This document shows, one piece after another, positions 8,704 through 18,619 of a DNA stretch of 64,000 nt; positions within the stretch are counted from its first letter, which is position 1, and each line of letters opens with the position of its first letter. The notes beneath the pieces are model-generated. The model worked only from the letters and a program-made list of their open reading frames with translations. It was not told the DNA's origin and did no database searches. Source of the stretch: Alphaproteobacteria bacterium. Its GTDB lineage: Bacteria; Pseudomonadota; Alphaproteobacteria; CALKHQ01. A program made the translations under genes and the position numbers. The stretch covers positions 608,001 to 672,000 of the forward strand of contig CBDDFZ010000001.1 in assembly GCA_965227515.1 (NCBI GenBank). Direction: 5' to 3'.

Positions 8704-9356
8704 GGGCTCCAACTTAGGAAGTTGCTGAGGATTTTCAGCCCCACGGCCTGGCTTTTTTCGGGATGGAACTGGGTGCCGACCATGTTGTCACGGCCGATCA
8801 CGGCGGCGAACGGCTTGCCATAGGTGCTTGTCGCCAGCACCGCCTCATCCTGATCGACCACCATGGCGAAACTGTGAACGAAGTAGACATGATCGCCCGG
8901 ATGCAGGCCGGCGAGCACCGGGTGGGGCGGCGTGCGCACGTCCAGCTCGTTCCAGCCCATGTGCGGATAGCGCAGCCCGTTCACCGGCGCGTCCGGCTCG
9001 CGCAACGGGCGCACCTCGCCTGTCACCCAGTCGAACCCGTCATGGCGGCCGAATTCCAGGCCGGCGGTCGCCATCAGCTGCATGCCGACGCAGATGCCCA
9101 GGAACGGCCGGCCGCGCACGCGCACCGTGTGCTCCAGGGCATCGCGCATGCCGTCGACGGCCGCGAGCCCGCGCGCGCAGTCGCCGAACGCGCCGACCCC
9201 GGGCAGCACCACGCGGTCGGCATCGGCGACGACTTGCGCCTCGTCGGTCACCACCACGTGCTGGCCATCGCCCACCGCCGCCGCGGCACGCTCCAGCGCA
9301 CGCTCGGCGGACCGCAGGTTTCCGGACCCGTAATCAACGATGGCAACCAGCGACAT
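8700..9356 (-). CDS. hisH: Imidazole glycerol phosphate synthase glutaminase subunit
   Basis: IVDYGSGNLRS, VLPGVGAF, GICVGMQ, QFHPEKS. Confidence 0.98.
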   Translation of the reverse strand: MSLVAIVDYGSGNLRSAERALERAAAAVGDGQHVVVTDEAQVVADADRVVLPGVGAFGDCARGLAAVDGMRDALEHTVRVRGRPFLGICVGMQLMATAGLEFGRHDGFDWVTGEVRPLREPDAPVNGLRYPHMGWNELDVRTPPHPVLAGLHPGDHVYFVHSFAMVVDQDEAVLATSTYGKPFAAVIGRDNMVGTQFHPEKSQAVGLKILSNFLSWSP

Positions 9357-9435
9357 GGTGCAATTTCCCCAACGACGCGGGCCCGCAATCGGCCGCCTGA
9401 ACCGACCGGGCCAGCCTGCAACGGACTCGAATTTT

Positions 9436-9463
9436 CTTGATACCTCGGGCGATGATACCAAAT
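9436..9463 (+). promoter_or_regulatory. Candidate RpoH (sigma32) promoter for hslVU
   Basis: CTTG(9436)-N18-CCAAAT upstream of heat-shock genes; imperfect match. Confidence 0.35.
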
Positions 9464-9575
9464 CCCCTTGGTTTGGTGCATCCTGTCTCCACAGCCGGCG
9501 ACGGGGGGAGGGGCGCGGCTCCATGCAGCTCGGCGCCACCCGCATCACGCCGCAATCACATACTCGTCGGAGATC

Positions 9576-10130
9576 ATGAGCACATCCGCTGACACGCAAT
9601 GGCACGGCACGACTATCCTGTCGGTGCGCAAGAAAGACCGGGTGGTCATCGCCGGCGACGGCCAGGTGACATTCGGCAACACGGTCATGAAGGCAAACGC
9701 CCGCAAGGTGCGGCGCCTGGGCGATGGCCAGGTGATCGCCGGGTTCGCGGGCGCGACGGCGGATGCCTTCACGCTGTTCGAACGCCTGGAAGCCAAGCTG
9801 GAGCAGCATCCCGGCCAACTGGTCCGCGCCTGCGTCGAGATGGCGAAGGACTGGCGGACGGACCGCTACCTGCGCCGCCTTGAGGCGATGATGGCGGTGG
9901 CGGACAAGTCCTCCAGCCTGGTGCTGACCGGCAATGGCGACGTACTGGAGCCGGCGGACGGCCTGATCGGCATCGGGTCGGGCGGCAGCTTCGCACTGGC
10001 GGCGGCGCGCGCGCTGGAGCCGGTGGACGACATGGATGCCGAGGAGATCGCCAAGCGCGCGATGGCGATTGCGGCCGGCATCTGCATCTATACCAACGAC
10101 GAGATTATCATCGAGAGTTTGGGCACATGA
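9576..10130 (+). CDS. hslV: ATP-dependent protease peptidase subunit HslV
   Basis: HGTTILSVR (catalytic Thr), [27 protein letters not shown]. Confidence 0.98.
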   Translation: MSTSADTQWHGTTILSVRKKDRVVIAGDGQVTFGNTVMKANARKVRRLGDGQVIAGFAGATADAFTLFERLEAKLEQHPGQLVRACVEMAKDWRTDRYLRRLEAMMAVADKSSSLVLTGNGDVLEPADGLIGIGSGGSFALAAARALEPVDDMDAEEIAKRAMAIAAGICIYTNDEIIIESLGT

Positions 10131-11503
10131 TGGAAGCGACCAACAAAGCGGTATTTGCCGAGAAGGAGCCGCCGAAGGACGACAGCGACGCCAAGCGCGC
10201 GTTCAGCCCGCGCGAGATCGTGTCCGAGCTCGACCGGCATATCGTCGGCCAGAACGACGCCAAGCGGGCGGTGGCCATCGCGCTGCGCAACCGGTGGCGC
10301 CGGCAGCAGCTTCCAGAGGATCTGCGCGAGGAGGTCCTGCCCAAGAACATCTTGATGATCGGCCCCACCGGCTGCGGCAAGACCGAGATCGCCCGCCGGC
10401 TGGCCCGGCTGGCCGACGCGCCGTTCATCAAGGTCGAGGCGACCAAGTTCACCGAGGTCGGCTATGTCGGCCGTGACGTGGAACAAATCGTGCGCGACCT
10501 GGTGGAAGCCAGCATCACCATGACGCGCACGCGCATGCGCAGGGATGTGCAGGCACGCGCCGAAATCGCGGCCGAAGAGCGCGTTTTGGACGCTTTGGTG
10601 GGCGATAATGCAGGCGCGGCGGCCCGCGAGTCCTTCCGCCGGCGGCTCAGGTCGGGCGAACTCGACGGTCGCGAAATCGAGCTCGAAATGGCCGATACCG
10701 GTGGCGGTTCGATGCCGACTTTCGACATTCCGGGCATGCCGGGCGCCCAGATCGGCGCCATCAACCTCAACGACATCCTGGGCAAGGCGCTGGGCGGCCG
10801 CACCAAGAAACGGCGCATGACGGTCGCGGAATCCTACGACGTGCTGATGGAGGAGGAGAGCGACAAGCTGCTGGACGACGAGAAGGTGGTGCGATCGGCC
10901 ATCGAACAGGTCGAGCAGAACGGCATCGCCTTCATCGACGAGATCGACAAGATCACCGCCCGGTCGGAGCGGCAGGGCGCGGACGTCAGCCGCGAGGGCG
11001 TGCAGCGCGACCTGCTGCCGCTGATCGAGGGCACCACCGTCAGCACCAAGCACGGCGCGGTCAAGACCGACCACATCCTGTTCATCGCGTCGGGCGCGTT
11101 CCATCTGGCCAAGCCGGCGGACTTGCTGCCGGAACTGCAGGGCCGCCTGCCGATCCGCGTCGAGCTGAAGGCGCTGACCAAGGACGATTTCCGCCGCATC
11201 CTGACCGAGCCGCAGGCAAGCCTGGTCACCCAGTATGTGGCGCTGATGGGCACCGAGGAGATCGAGCTCACGTTCAGCGACGATGCCATCGACGCGCTGG
11301 CGGCGCTGGCGGCCGAGATCAACGAGAATGTTGAGAACATCGGCGCCCGGCGGCTGCACACGGTGCTGGAGCGCCTGCTGGAGGACATCAGCTTCACCGC
11401 ACCCGATCGCGGCGGCGAGGCGATCGAGATCGACGCCGCCTATGTCACCGAGCGGGTGAAACCGCTGGCCGAGAACGCCGACCTCAGCCGGTTTATCTTG
11501 TAG
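10127..11503 (+). CDS. hslU: ATP-dependent protease ATPase subunit HslU
   Basis: [36 protein letters not shown]-terminal LSRFIL. Confidence 0.98.
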   Translation: MMEATNKAVFAEKEPPKDDSDAKRAFSPREIVSELDRHIVGQNDAKRAVAIALRNRWRRQQLPEDLREEVLPKNILMIGPTGCGKTEIARRLARLADAPFIKVEATKFTEVGYVGRDVEQIVRDLVEASITMTRTRMRRDVQARAEIAAEERVLDALVGDNAGAAARESFRRRLRSGELDGREIELEMADTGGGSMPTFDIPGMPGAQIGAINLNDILGKALGGRTKKRRMTVAESYDVLMEEESDKLLDDEKVVRSAIEQVEQNGIAFIDEIDKITARSERQGADVSREGVQRDLLPLIEGTTVSTKHGAVKTDHILFIASGAFHLAKPADLLPELQGRLPIRVELKALTKDDFRRILTEPQASLVTQYVALMGTEEIELTFSDDAIDALAALAAEINENVENIGARRLHTVLERLLEDISFTAPDRGGEAIEIDAAYVTERVKPLAENADLSRFIL

Positions 11504-11528
11504 CTGGCAACTTAACAGGCAACCTCAA

Positions 11529-11707
11529 CCCTCACCCTCCCGTCCGGCTGAGCCGGCCGGGTCCCTCCCTCTCCCAAGGCTTGGGAGAGGGTCGGTTGGT
11601 CGTGCCGAAACCCCCTCTCCCGCGAAGTGGGAGAGGGAGGGGCCCAAGCCTGCCCTTGGGCCGGCGAATGCCGGTCCCGAGGACCGACAGGCTTGGGAGG
11701 GTGAGGG
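11529..11707. repeat. Composite palindromic element (CCCTCTCCC..GGGAGAGGG family) with 13-bp terminal inverted repeats
   Basis: CCCTCACCCTCCC (11529-11541) / GGGAGGGTGAGGG (11695-11707) enclosing nested hairpins, between convergent hslU and smr. Confidence 0.8.
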
Positions 11708-11756
11708 CATGATCAGCGACCAACCCCGGCCGCGGAACGCGCCTAGTCCCGCTCTC

Positions 11757-12320
11757 CTAATCCCTGGGCGGGCGGTTGCGGCGCAACAGCACATAGTAGG
11801 CGCCGACGCCGCCGTGCTGTTGCTGGGCCTGGGAGATCGCGACCACATGCGGGCGCATGTCCTGCCCGTTCAGCCACTCCGGCAGCATCTTGCGCAGCAC
11901 GCCGCCGCCCTGGCTCACCGAGCCCTTGCCGGTCACGATCAGCACGCAGCGGCTGTTGGCCATCCGGCATCGGGCGATGAAGCTGTGCAACCGGCGGTGG
12001 GCCACCGCTTGCGTGTCGCCATGCAGGTCCAGCACCGCGTCCACTGGCAGCCGGCCCTTGCGCAGCCGGTCGAAGGTCTTGCGGTCGACACCATCGATGG
12101 CACCGACCTCCAGGTCGCGCCCCGCCCACGCGCTTCTCGGCGGCACCGTCGGGCGCGGCACCGGCGAATGGTGGATATGGGGCCGCCGCGGCCCCTCATC
12201 TTCCGGATCGCTGTGCCGATTGACCTTGGCATCTGTGCGCGCGCGGCGGTTCTCCAGGCGGCGCACGTCGCGCGTCACCTGATGCCAGAGCGCGGGGTCG
12301 TCGTCCGAACGCTTGGTCAC
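11757..12320 (-). CDS. Smr/MutS2-domain protein (start uncertain, 12320 or 12401)
   Basis: LDLHGDTQ, VLIVTGKG, HGGVGAYYVLL. Confidence 0.92.
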   Translation of the reverse strand: MTKRSDDDPALWHQVTRDVRRLENRRARTDAKVNRHSDPEDEGPRRPHIHHSPVPRPTVPPRSAWAGRDLEVGAIDGVDRKTFDRLRKGRLPVDAVLDLHGDTQAVAHRRLHSFIARCRMANSRCVLIVTGKGSVSQGGGVLRKMLPEWLNGQDMRPHVVAISQAQQQHGGVGAYYVLLRRNRPPRD

Positions 12321-12404
12321 AGCGGTCCCGTGGTTGGTGGCAGCATCGCGCAGCGGAGGAGTCGCGTGGCGTCGCCGCGCCACCACCGCCGCGTGTGTCA
12401 CGTG

Positions 12405-13115
12405 TCACATAGTGTGGAATTCGTTAACGAGAATGATGTGGAGGTTCAGCGGGCCGTGGGCGCCCATCTGGATCTTCTGCTCGATGTCGCCGGTGCGCGA
12501 CGGGCCAGTGATGAAGTTGACCGTCCGTGGCATGGCGCCGGCGCCCGCCCCTTCGCCCTGCCGGGCCGCAAGCGCCCGCACCGCATCCCAGCCATCCTCG
12601 TAGCTGCCGACCACGCGATCCGCCGGCAGCACCACGATGTGGGTGCCGGGCAGGAAGTTCAGAGTCGCCGGGTGATCGGGGCCGGAGACGGCCATCAGGG
12701 TGCCGGTCTCGGCAACGCCGGCCAGCGCGCTGGTGACGCCCACTTCGGTGCGCCCGTCGGGCAGGCCGGAGGCGACGCTCAGCATCGGTGCCTGCCCCCA
12801 CGGAATGGCAGTGACGACCTCGTCCTCGGTGGCGACGATCTCGGTCGGCAGGTTGCGCCCGGCCAGGAACTCGGCGATCCGTTGCGGCACCTCGTCCAGC
12901 GTCGCCACGCTCTCCACCGTAGCGCTGCTCTGCGTCGCCATGCGCTCGAACAGCTCGCGCAGGCCGGCCTGGTCAAGGTCGATCCGGGCCGGCAGCAGAT
13001 TGCGCTTGGGCGCGCGCAGGCCCTGCTCCAGCTCAGCGGTCTTGGCGTCGTCCAGCGGCCCGCGGCCAAGGCCGGCCCGCACCGCGCCGAAAATGGCGTC
13101 GCGGCCGCCGCTCAT
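12405..13115 (-). CDS. lutC: Lactate utilization protein C (LUD domain; LldG/YkgG)
   Basis: GVAETGTL, LNFLPGTHIV, FITGPSRTGDIEQ..GAHGP. Confidence 0.93.
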   Translation of the reverse strand: MSGGRDAIFGAVRAGLGRGPLDDAKTAELEQGLRAPKRNLLPARIDLDQAGLRELFERMATQSSATVESVATLDEVPQRIAEFLAGRNLPTEIVATEDEVVTAIPWGQAPMLSVASGLPDGRTEVGVTSALAGVAETGTLMAVSGPDHPATLNFLPGTHIVVLPADRVVGSYEDGWDAVRALAARQGEGAGAGAMPRTVNFITGPSRTGDIEQKIQMGAHGPLNLHIILVNEFHTM

Positions 13116-14551
13116 GTGGCGCGCGCGCCGCTCTTGGCCGCCTTGTGACGGCGCCACGCGCCGTGAAAGCCGCCAGTTGCCGGTGCCGGCAGGTCGCGCC
13201 CGGCGGTCCAGCCACCGGCCAATGGCGCCCGGCTGAGCCGCCCCCGGCCGCGCGCCAGCATCCGCAAGCCACGCGCGGCAATGCCCGTGCTTAGCCGATA
13301 GAGCCAGGGGCGCGTCGCCAGGAACCGCCACAGCCCCAGCCCGGCGCGCACGGTCGCGGGCGACTTGCGCTGCTCGTGCTGGCGCTCGCGCCATTTGCGC
13401 ATCAGCCCCGGCAACGGAATGCGCATCGGGCACACCGCCTCGCAACGGCCGCAGAAAGTGGAGGCGTTCGGCAAGTCGCCCACCTTGTCCAGCCCTACCA
13501 GTGCCGGCATCCACACCGCGCCGACCGGGCCGGGATAGACCGAGCCATAGGCATGGCCGCCGATAGAGCCGTAGACCGGGCAGTGGTTCATGCAGGCGCC
13601 GCAGCGGATGCAGCGCAGCGCCTCGCTGAACCCCTCCGCGATCATCCGGGTGCGCCCGTTGTCCAGCAGCACCACGTGGAACGCATCGGGGCCGTCCGGG
13701 TCGCCTTCCCGGCGCGGCCCGGTGGAGAACGTCGTGTAGCTGGAGAATTCCTGGCCGGTGGCCGAGCGCGCCAGAACCCGCAGGATCGTGCTGCAATCCT
13801 CCAGCGTCGGCACCACTTTCTCGATGCCGGCGATAACCACGTGCACTTTCGGCAGCAACTGGGTCAGGTCGCCATTGCCCTCGTTGGTGACGATGACGGT
13901 CGAGCCGGTCTCGGCCACCAGGAAATTGGCGCCGGTGATGCCGACATCGGCGCCCAGGAACTGCTCGCGCAGCACGTCGCGGGCTTCGTCCAGCAACTGG
14001 CGCGGCTCGGTCAGCGGGCGTTCCGGCGGATAGGCCTTGTGGGCGGCGTAGAACGCCTCGCTGATCTGGTCCTGAACCACGTGGATGGCCGGCGCGATGA
14101 TGTGGCTGGGCGGTTCCTTGCGCAACTGGATGATGTATTCGCCCAGATCGGTCTCCACCGGGGTGACGCCGTTCGCTTCCAGGAACGGATTGAGATCGAT
14201 CTCCTCGGCCACCATGGACTTGCCCTTGGTCACCGTCTTGGCGTCGACCCCGCGGCAGATCTCCAGCACGGCGGCGCGCGCCTCGTCGACGGTCGAGCAC
14301 CAGTGCACGTGGCCGCCGGCTTCCGTGACCTGGCGCTCGAACGCCTCCAGGTAGAAGTCCAGGTGGGCCAGCGTGTGGTCCTTGATGTCGCGCGCCTTGT
14401 CGCGCAGCGCGTCGAATTCGGGCAGCAGGTCGATGGCGGCCTTGCGCTTGCCGACGAAACCGGTCTTGGCGTTGTCGAGCGCCTTTTGCAGGATCGGCTC
14501 GCGAAGTGCCTGGCTGGCGTTGGCCTTGAAGGCACGGCTGTCCATGTGCAT
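13112..14551 (-). CDS. lutB: Lactate utilization Fe-S protein B (LldF/YkgF)
   Basis: ETDLGEYIIQL..PSHIIAPAIH, NEGNG, CIRCGACMNHCP, CGRCEAVCP. Confidence 0.96.
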   Translation of the reverse strand: MHMDSRAFKANASQALREPILQKALDNAKTGFVGKRKAAIDLLPEFDALRDKARDIKDHTLAHLDFYLEAFERQVTEAGGHVHWCSTVDEARAAVLEICRGVDAKTVTKGKSMVAEEIDLNPFLEANGVTPVETDLGEYIIQLRKEPPSHIIAPAIHVVQDQISEAFYAAHKAYPPERPLTEPRQLLDEARDVLREQFLGADVGITGANFLVAETGSTVIVTNEGNGDLTQLLPKVHVVIAGIEKVVPTLEDCSTILRVLARSATGQEFSSYTTFSTGPRREGDPDGPDAFHVVLLDNGRTRMIAEGFSEALRCIRCGACMNHCPVYGSIGGHAYGSVYPGPVGAVWMPALVGLDKVGDLPNASTFCGRCEAVCPMRIPLPGLMRKWRERQHEQRKSPATVRAGLGLWRFLATRPWLYRLSTGIAARGLRMLARGRGRLSRAPLAGGWTAGRDLPAPATGGFHGAWRRHKAAKSGARAT

Positions 14552-15367
14552 CTAGCGGCCCTCCGCCGGCATTGCGACGGCATTTGCCCGTTCACCGGGC
14601 GCGTCGCCGATGCCGGGCTCGTCGGTCAGGCCGGCCAGCACCTCGGCGACGTGGCGCACCTCGACGTCCGCGCCCAGGCGGCGCAGCTTGCCGGCCATGT
14701 TGAGCAGGCAGCCCAGGTCGCCCGCCAGCAGCAGGTCGGCGCCGGTCGACACGATGTTGCGCGCCTTGTCGCTGACCATGCGGTCGGAAATCTCGGGGTA
14801 TTTCACACAGAACGTACCGCCGAACCCGCAGCACACATCGGCGTCAGGCAGCGGTGTCAGCGTCAGTCCGTCCACGCCCTCCAGCAGCGCGCGCGGCTGC
14901 GCGGCGACGCCCAGCTCGCGCAGGCCCGAGCAACTGTCGTGATAGGTCGCGTTTCGTGCAGCACCTACTGTTTTAGGTTTCAGGCCCAATACATCATGCA
15001 GGAAGCTGATCAGCTCGTGGGTCTTCGCAGCCAGCCGCTGGGCCCTTTCACGCCATTTGGCGTCATCCGCGAACAGCTCGGGATAGTGCTTCACGATCAT
15101 GCCGGCGCACGAGCCGGAGGGCACCACGACGTGGTCGTAGCCCTCGAACGTCGCGATCACCTGGCGGGCGACCGCCTGGGCGGAACGGCGGTCGCCGCTG
15201 TTATAGGCCGGCTGGCCGCAACAGGTCTGCGACCGCGGCGCGTCCACCGTGCAGCCGCCCTGCTCCAACAACTCGGCCGCCGCCACGCCGACCGACGGGC
15301 GGAACAGGTCGACAAGGCAGGTCACGAACAGCGCGACCTTGCGCGTATCGGTTGCGCTGGCGCTCAT
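14552..15367 (-). CDS. lutA: Lactate utilization protein A (CCG domains; LldE/YkgE)
   Basis: LFVTCLVD, QTCCGQP, SGSCAGM, YHDSC, CCGFGGTF. Confidence 0.95.
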   Translation of the reverse strand: MSASATDTRKVALFVTCLVDLFRPSVGVAAAELLEQGGCTVDAPRSQTCCGQPAYNSGDRRSAQAVARQVIATFEGYDHVVVPSGSCAGMIVKHYPELFADDAKWRERAQRLAAKTHELISFLHDVLGLKPKTVGAARNATYHDSCSGLRELGVAAQPRALLEGVDGLTLTPLPDADVCCGFGGTFCVKYPEISDRMVSDKARNIVSTGADLLLAGDLGCLLNMAGKLRRLGADVEVRHVAEVLAGLTDEPGIGDAPGERANAVAMPAEGR

Positions 15368-15398
15368 GTCCAACGGCTCAGCTGTGCTGGCACGGCAT

Positions 15399-16637
15399 TC
15401 AGTCCGCGGTCTCGATCTGCAGCTCGCTCACCTGTGCCGGCAGGAACAGGAACAGGCGCCCGACGCCGCTCATGGTCTCCGCCGCCTCGACCGCTTCCTC
15501 GCCGGTGCCCCAGTACACGGCCCCGGCCGAAAACCCTTCAACGCTGGGATCGTCGTCCTGGGTCACCACCATGCGCTGGATGCGGAAGTTGCTGGACGTG
15601 GTCACCCCGGTGTCGATCCACGCCGGCAGGCCGATCGGCAGCAGGCGCGTGTCGACCGCCAGGCTGCGGCCCGGCGTCAGCGCGAAACCCTGGGGCCCGA
15701 CCACTTCGGCGGCATTCGTGGTCTTGAAGAAAACATAGCGCTGGTCGAGCTGGATGGCACTGGCGCCACGGTCCGGCTGCTGGCGCATCCAGTCCACCGC
15801 ATCACCCCAGCGCGCGCCCTCGCGCGGCAGCACGCCACGGCTGATCAGAACGCGCACCATCGACGACGGCGCATAGCCATTGTCGCCATCCGCCACCACG
15901 CGGGTCGCGGTGCCGTCGCCATAGACGATGATGCCGGCCCCTGCCTCCTGCATGATGTAGAGCGCCAGCGGATCGTCCACGAAGCCGAGCTCCAGGTTCC
16001 GCCCGGCCAGCGCGCCATCCACGATGGCGCCGCGGTCGTAATAGGGCTCCATGCCCCAGTCGACGACCCGGCCGGTATTGGTCTGCAGCGGCCAGTCCTC
16101 CGGCAGATCCTCCGCCTGCAGTTCCACCATGTCGTTGGGGCGCATCAGGATCGGATAGGTGTAGCCGGCGGTCGACCGGCGCGTCGCATTGACGAACGGC
16201 TCGTAATAGCCGGTGATCAGTGCCTCCGGCACCTCGACCTCGATCACCCGATAGGGCTGGAACGCCTCCTGGAACGCGGCGCGCAGCGCCTCCGGATCCT
16301 CGCCGGCGGACAGAACGGTGTCGCAGGGCAAGAGCCAGTCGCCCACCACGCCGGCGCGCCCGCCGAGGCCGAGCGGCTGGCTGGGCTCCGACGACCGGTA
16401 GATGTTGCAGGTCTCGCGCAGCGCCGGCAGCACTTCGGCAAGATTGTCGTCGGACCAGCCGTTGAGGCGGCTGTATTGGACAGGCTGCAAGGTGTAGCCG
16501 GCGTAGTTGACCAGGCGGGTATCGACCGTGCGACAGCCCGCCAACGTGCCCAGCGCGACGATGATCGCCACCGCGATGCACAACGGCGCCGACACGGCGA
16601 CCCCGCCGCGTGCAGTCCGCGCTTGTTCCATGTTCAT
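15399..16637 (-). CDS. mltA: MltA-family lytic transglycosylase lipoprotein with a degenerate active site
   Basis: Lipobox LAGC, ITGYYEP, RYVFF, LTPGRSLAVD. Syntenic tim44-mltA position. The C-terminal motif reads QDDDPSVEGFSAGAVYWG. Confidence 0.88.
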   Translation of the reverse strand: MNMEQARTARGGVAVSAPLCIAVAIIVALGTLAGCRTVDTRLVNYAGYTLQPVQYSRLNGWSDDNLAEVLPALRETCNIYRSSEPSQPLGLGGRAGVVGDWLLPCDTVLSAGEDPEALRAAFQEAFQPYRVIEVEVPEALITGYYEPFVNATRRSTAGYTYPILMRPNDMVELQAEDLPEDWPLQTNTGRVVDWGMEPYYDRGAIVDGALAGRNLELGFVDDPLALYIMQEAGAGIIVYGDGTATRVVADGDNGYAPSSMVRVLISRGVLPREGARWGDAVDWMRQQPDRGASAIQLDQRYVFFKTTNAAEVVGPQGFALTPGRSLAVDTRLLPIGLPAWIDTGVTTSSNFRIQRMVVTQDDDPSVEGFSAGAVYWGTGEEAVEAAETMSGVGRLFLFLPAQVSELQIETAD

Positions 16638-16706
16638 GCCCCCATCGTCATGCCCGCGCACGCGCGCTCCGAACAGATACCTTGGAACGCACGGCCAGAC
16701 GAGGAC

Positions 16707-17420
16707 TCAGTCGGGGCTGCGGGTGGCAGAGAGCTGCCAATTGGGGTCGGGGCTGCGGGTGTCGCGCTCGAAGGTCCAGATGTCGGTGATTTCGGCGATG
16801 TAGTTGGGATCGCCTTCGATGATGCGCCCTTCGTCGTCCTTCAGCACGTTGACCTGCTCGCTGACGAAGGTCACCGTCACCCATGCGGTGCTGGTGCCGG
16901 AAATACCGGCCTCGGTGATCTCCACCGACTTCAGCCCGATCAGGGTGGTCTCCTGGGTCTGGCCCTCGGCCTTGCGGCCGTCGATCACGCCCTCGAAATT
17001 GCGCATCACGCTGTCGCTCAACAGCGGGCGCAGGGTGGCGGTGTCGCCCTCCGCGAACGCCTTGACGATCATCTCGAACGCGGCGCGCGCACCGCCCACG
17101 AACTGCTCGGGGCGGAACGACTGGTCGTTGCGCACGATCTCGCGCAGGCCCGCGGCGGCCGGTCCATCGGGGATTTGCGGCGGCGCGGCGGCGGCACGGT
17201 CCGGCAGGCTGACCACGTTGTCGCCGCCCTGGTCATTGCCATGCGCGGTAGAGCTCGCGCCGTCCTTGCCCTGTTGCGAGCGCGATTGCAGCGGGCTGAC
17301 GGTGCGGTGGTCGCGTTCATGGCCGGTGCGCCGGCCCAGAACGTTGCGCAGCCGTATCACCAGGAACAACGCGATCATCGCGAAGATAATGATGTCGAGG
17401 AACTGGAATCCACCGCCCAT
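16707..17420 (-). CDS. Tim44/TimA family protein
   Basis: DIIIFAMIALFLVIRLRNVLGRRTGHE, FVGGARAAFEMIV, DIWTFER..DPNWQL. Confidence 0.93.
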   Translation of the reverse strand: MGGGFQFLDIIIFAMIALFLVIRLRNVLGRRTGHERDHRTVSPLQSRSQQGKDGASSTAHGNDQGGDNVVSLPDRAAAAPPQIPDGPAAAGLREIVRNDQSFRPEQFVGGARAAFEMIVKAFAEGDTATLRPLLSDSVMRNFEGVIDGRKAEGQTQETTLIGLKSVEITEAGISGTSTAWVTVTFVSEQVNVLKDDEGRIIEGDPNYIAEITDIWTFERDTRSPDPNWQLSATRSPD

Positions 17421-17995
17421 CGGTCTCTCATTCCCATTTCGCCGGAAGGTTTGCCGTCGCGCCGGCGAAATCGTCCATTCGCGGGGCCAAAGCCTGTGCG
17501 CTACGCGGCCTCGACAAGTTGTCCACAATATGCTTGTCGGAACAAAAAATGCAATGCCGCGCACCCGCCGGCAAGGACATTACGTCGCTACCGCGGCCCG
17601 TGTATCCGCCTGCCACATGCTCATGGGAACCGATTCCCATGAAAATACGGCAAAGGAATGCCGCTTTACTCGCATCGGCCGGCGCTTGTCGGTATCCACC
17701 GGCCGTTCGGTTCGCCACAGCCCCGCCGGAGACCTCCCCGGCCGTGCTGCTCAGCGGCTCTCGTACCATTGCATAACATATGGCCGGCAGTGACATAACC
17801 CCCGTTCCGAACGCCGCGTCCCCGGGTAGACGACAGGCAAGCGGCTAAGTCGCGAGTTGCCGCCCGGGATGATCCGTGCTAGCCGTCCGCAGCCATTGCG
17901 ACCGGCGCCACGGTCCTCGACCGGCCTCCACCAGGCCCGAGACCCATGGGCCCCGGTCCCAGCGATATCACGCTCGAAAACACGCGGAGCCATTC

Positions 17996-18583
17996 ATGTC
18001 GGAAAATAACGGTCCAGCGCCCACCAACGGGGGTGCTGCCGGCACGCCATCGTCCGATCAGCCGTCCGGACAGGCCGCCGGCCAACCGGGACAGCAGCGT
18101 CAGCGCCAGATTCCGCTGATGATCCGGAACCAGTACGTCAAGGACCTGTCGTTCGAGAACCCGCGCGCGCCGAATGCGCTGCCGCAGGGCCAGCAGCCGC
18201 AAATGCAGGTCGAGGTCGACGTCGAGGTCAACGCGCGCGGCGCCAACGACCATGAGGTGGCCCTCAGCCTGAACGTCACCGCCAAGTCCGGCGAGGAGAC
18301 GCTGTTCCTGATCGAGCTGCACTATGCCGGCCTGTTCCAGGTCGCCAACATGCCCGACGAGATGCGCGACCTGCTGCTCTATATCGAGGGCGGGCGCATG
18401 CTGTTCCCGTTCGCGCGCGCCATCATCGCCAACGTCACCCGCGACGGCGCGCTGCCGCCGGTGCTGTTGGCGCCGATGGACTTCGCCGCACTCTATCAGC
18501 AGAAGACCGGCAAGCCGCTGCCCACGTTCGGCGCAGCCCAGGGCGCGCCGGGCGCCGGCGGTGCCGGCGGCGGCCAGGCTTAG
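17996..18583 (+). CDS. secB: Protein-export chaperone SecB
   Basis: QYVKDLSFENP, LFPFARAIIA, PMDFAALY. Confidence 0.96.
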   Translation: MSENNGPAPTNGGAAGTPSSDQPSGQAAGQPGQQRQRQIPLMIRNQYVKDLSFENPRAPNALPQGQQPQMQVEVDVEVNARGANDHEVALSLNVTAKSGEETLFLIELHYAGLFQVANMPDEMRDLLLYIEGGRMLFPFARAIIANVTRDGALPPVLLAPMDFAALYQQKTGKPLPTFGAAQGAPGAGGAGGGQA

Positions 18584-18619
18584 ATCGCGGTTCGCTGACG
18601 CTGAAGTCGGCGCCAGCCC

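Noticed and set aside
11529-11707. CRISPR array or tRNA interpretation of the hairpin clusters (also 46278-46995)
   Set aside because: No regularly spaced direct repeats with unique spacers, no cas genes, no cloverleaf or T-loop motif.
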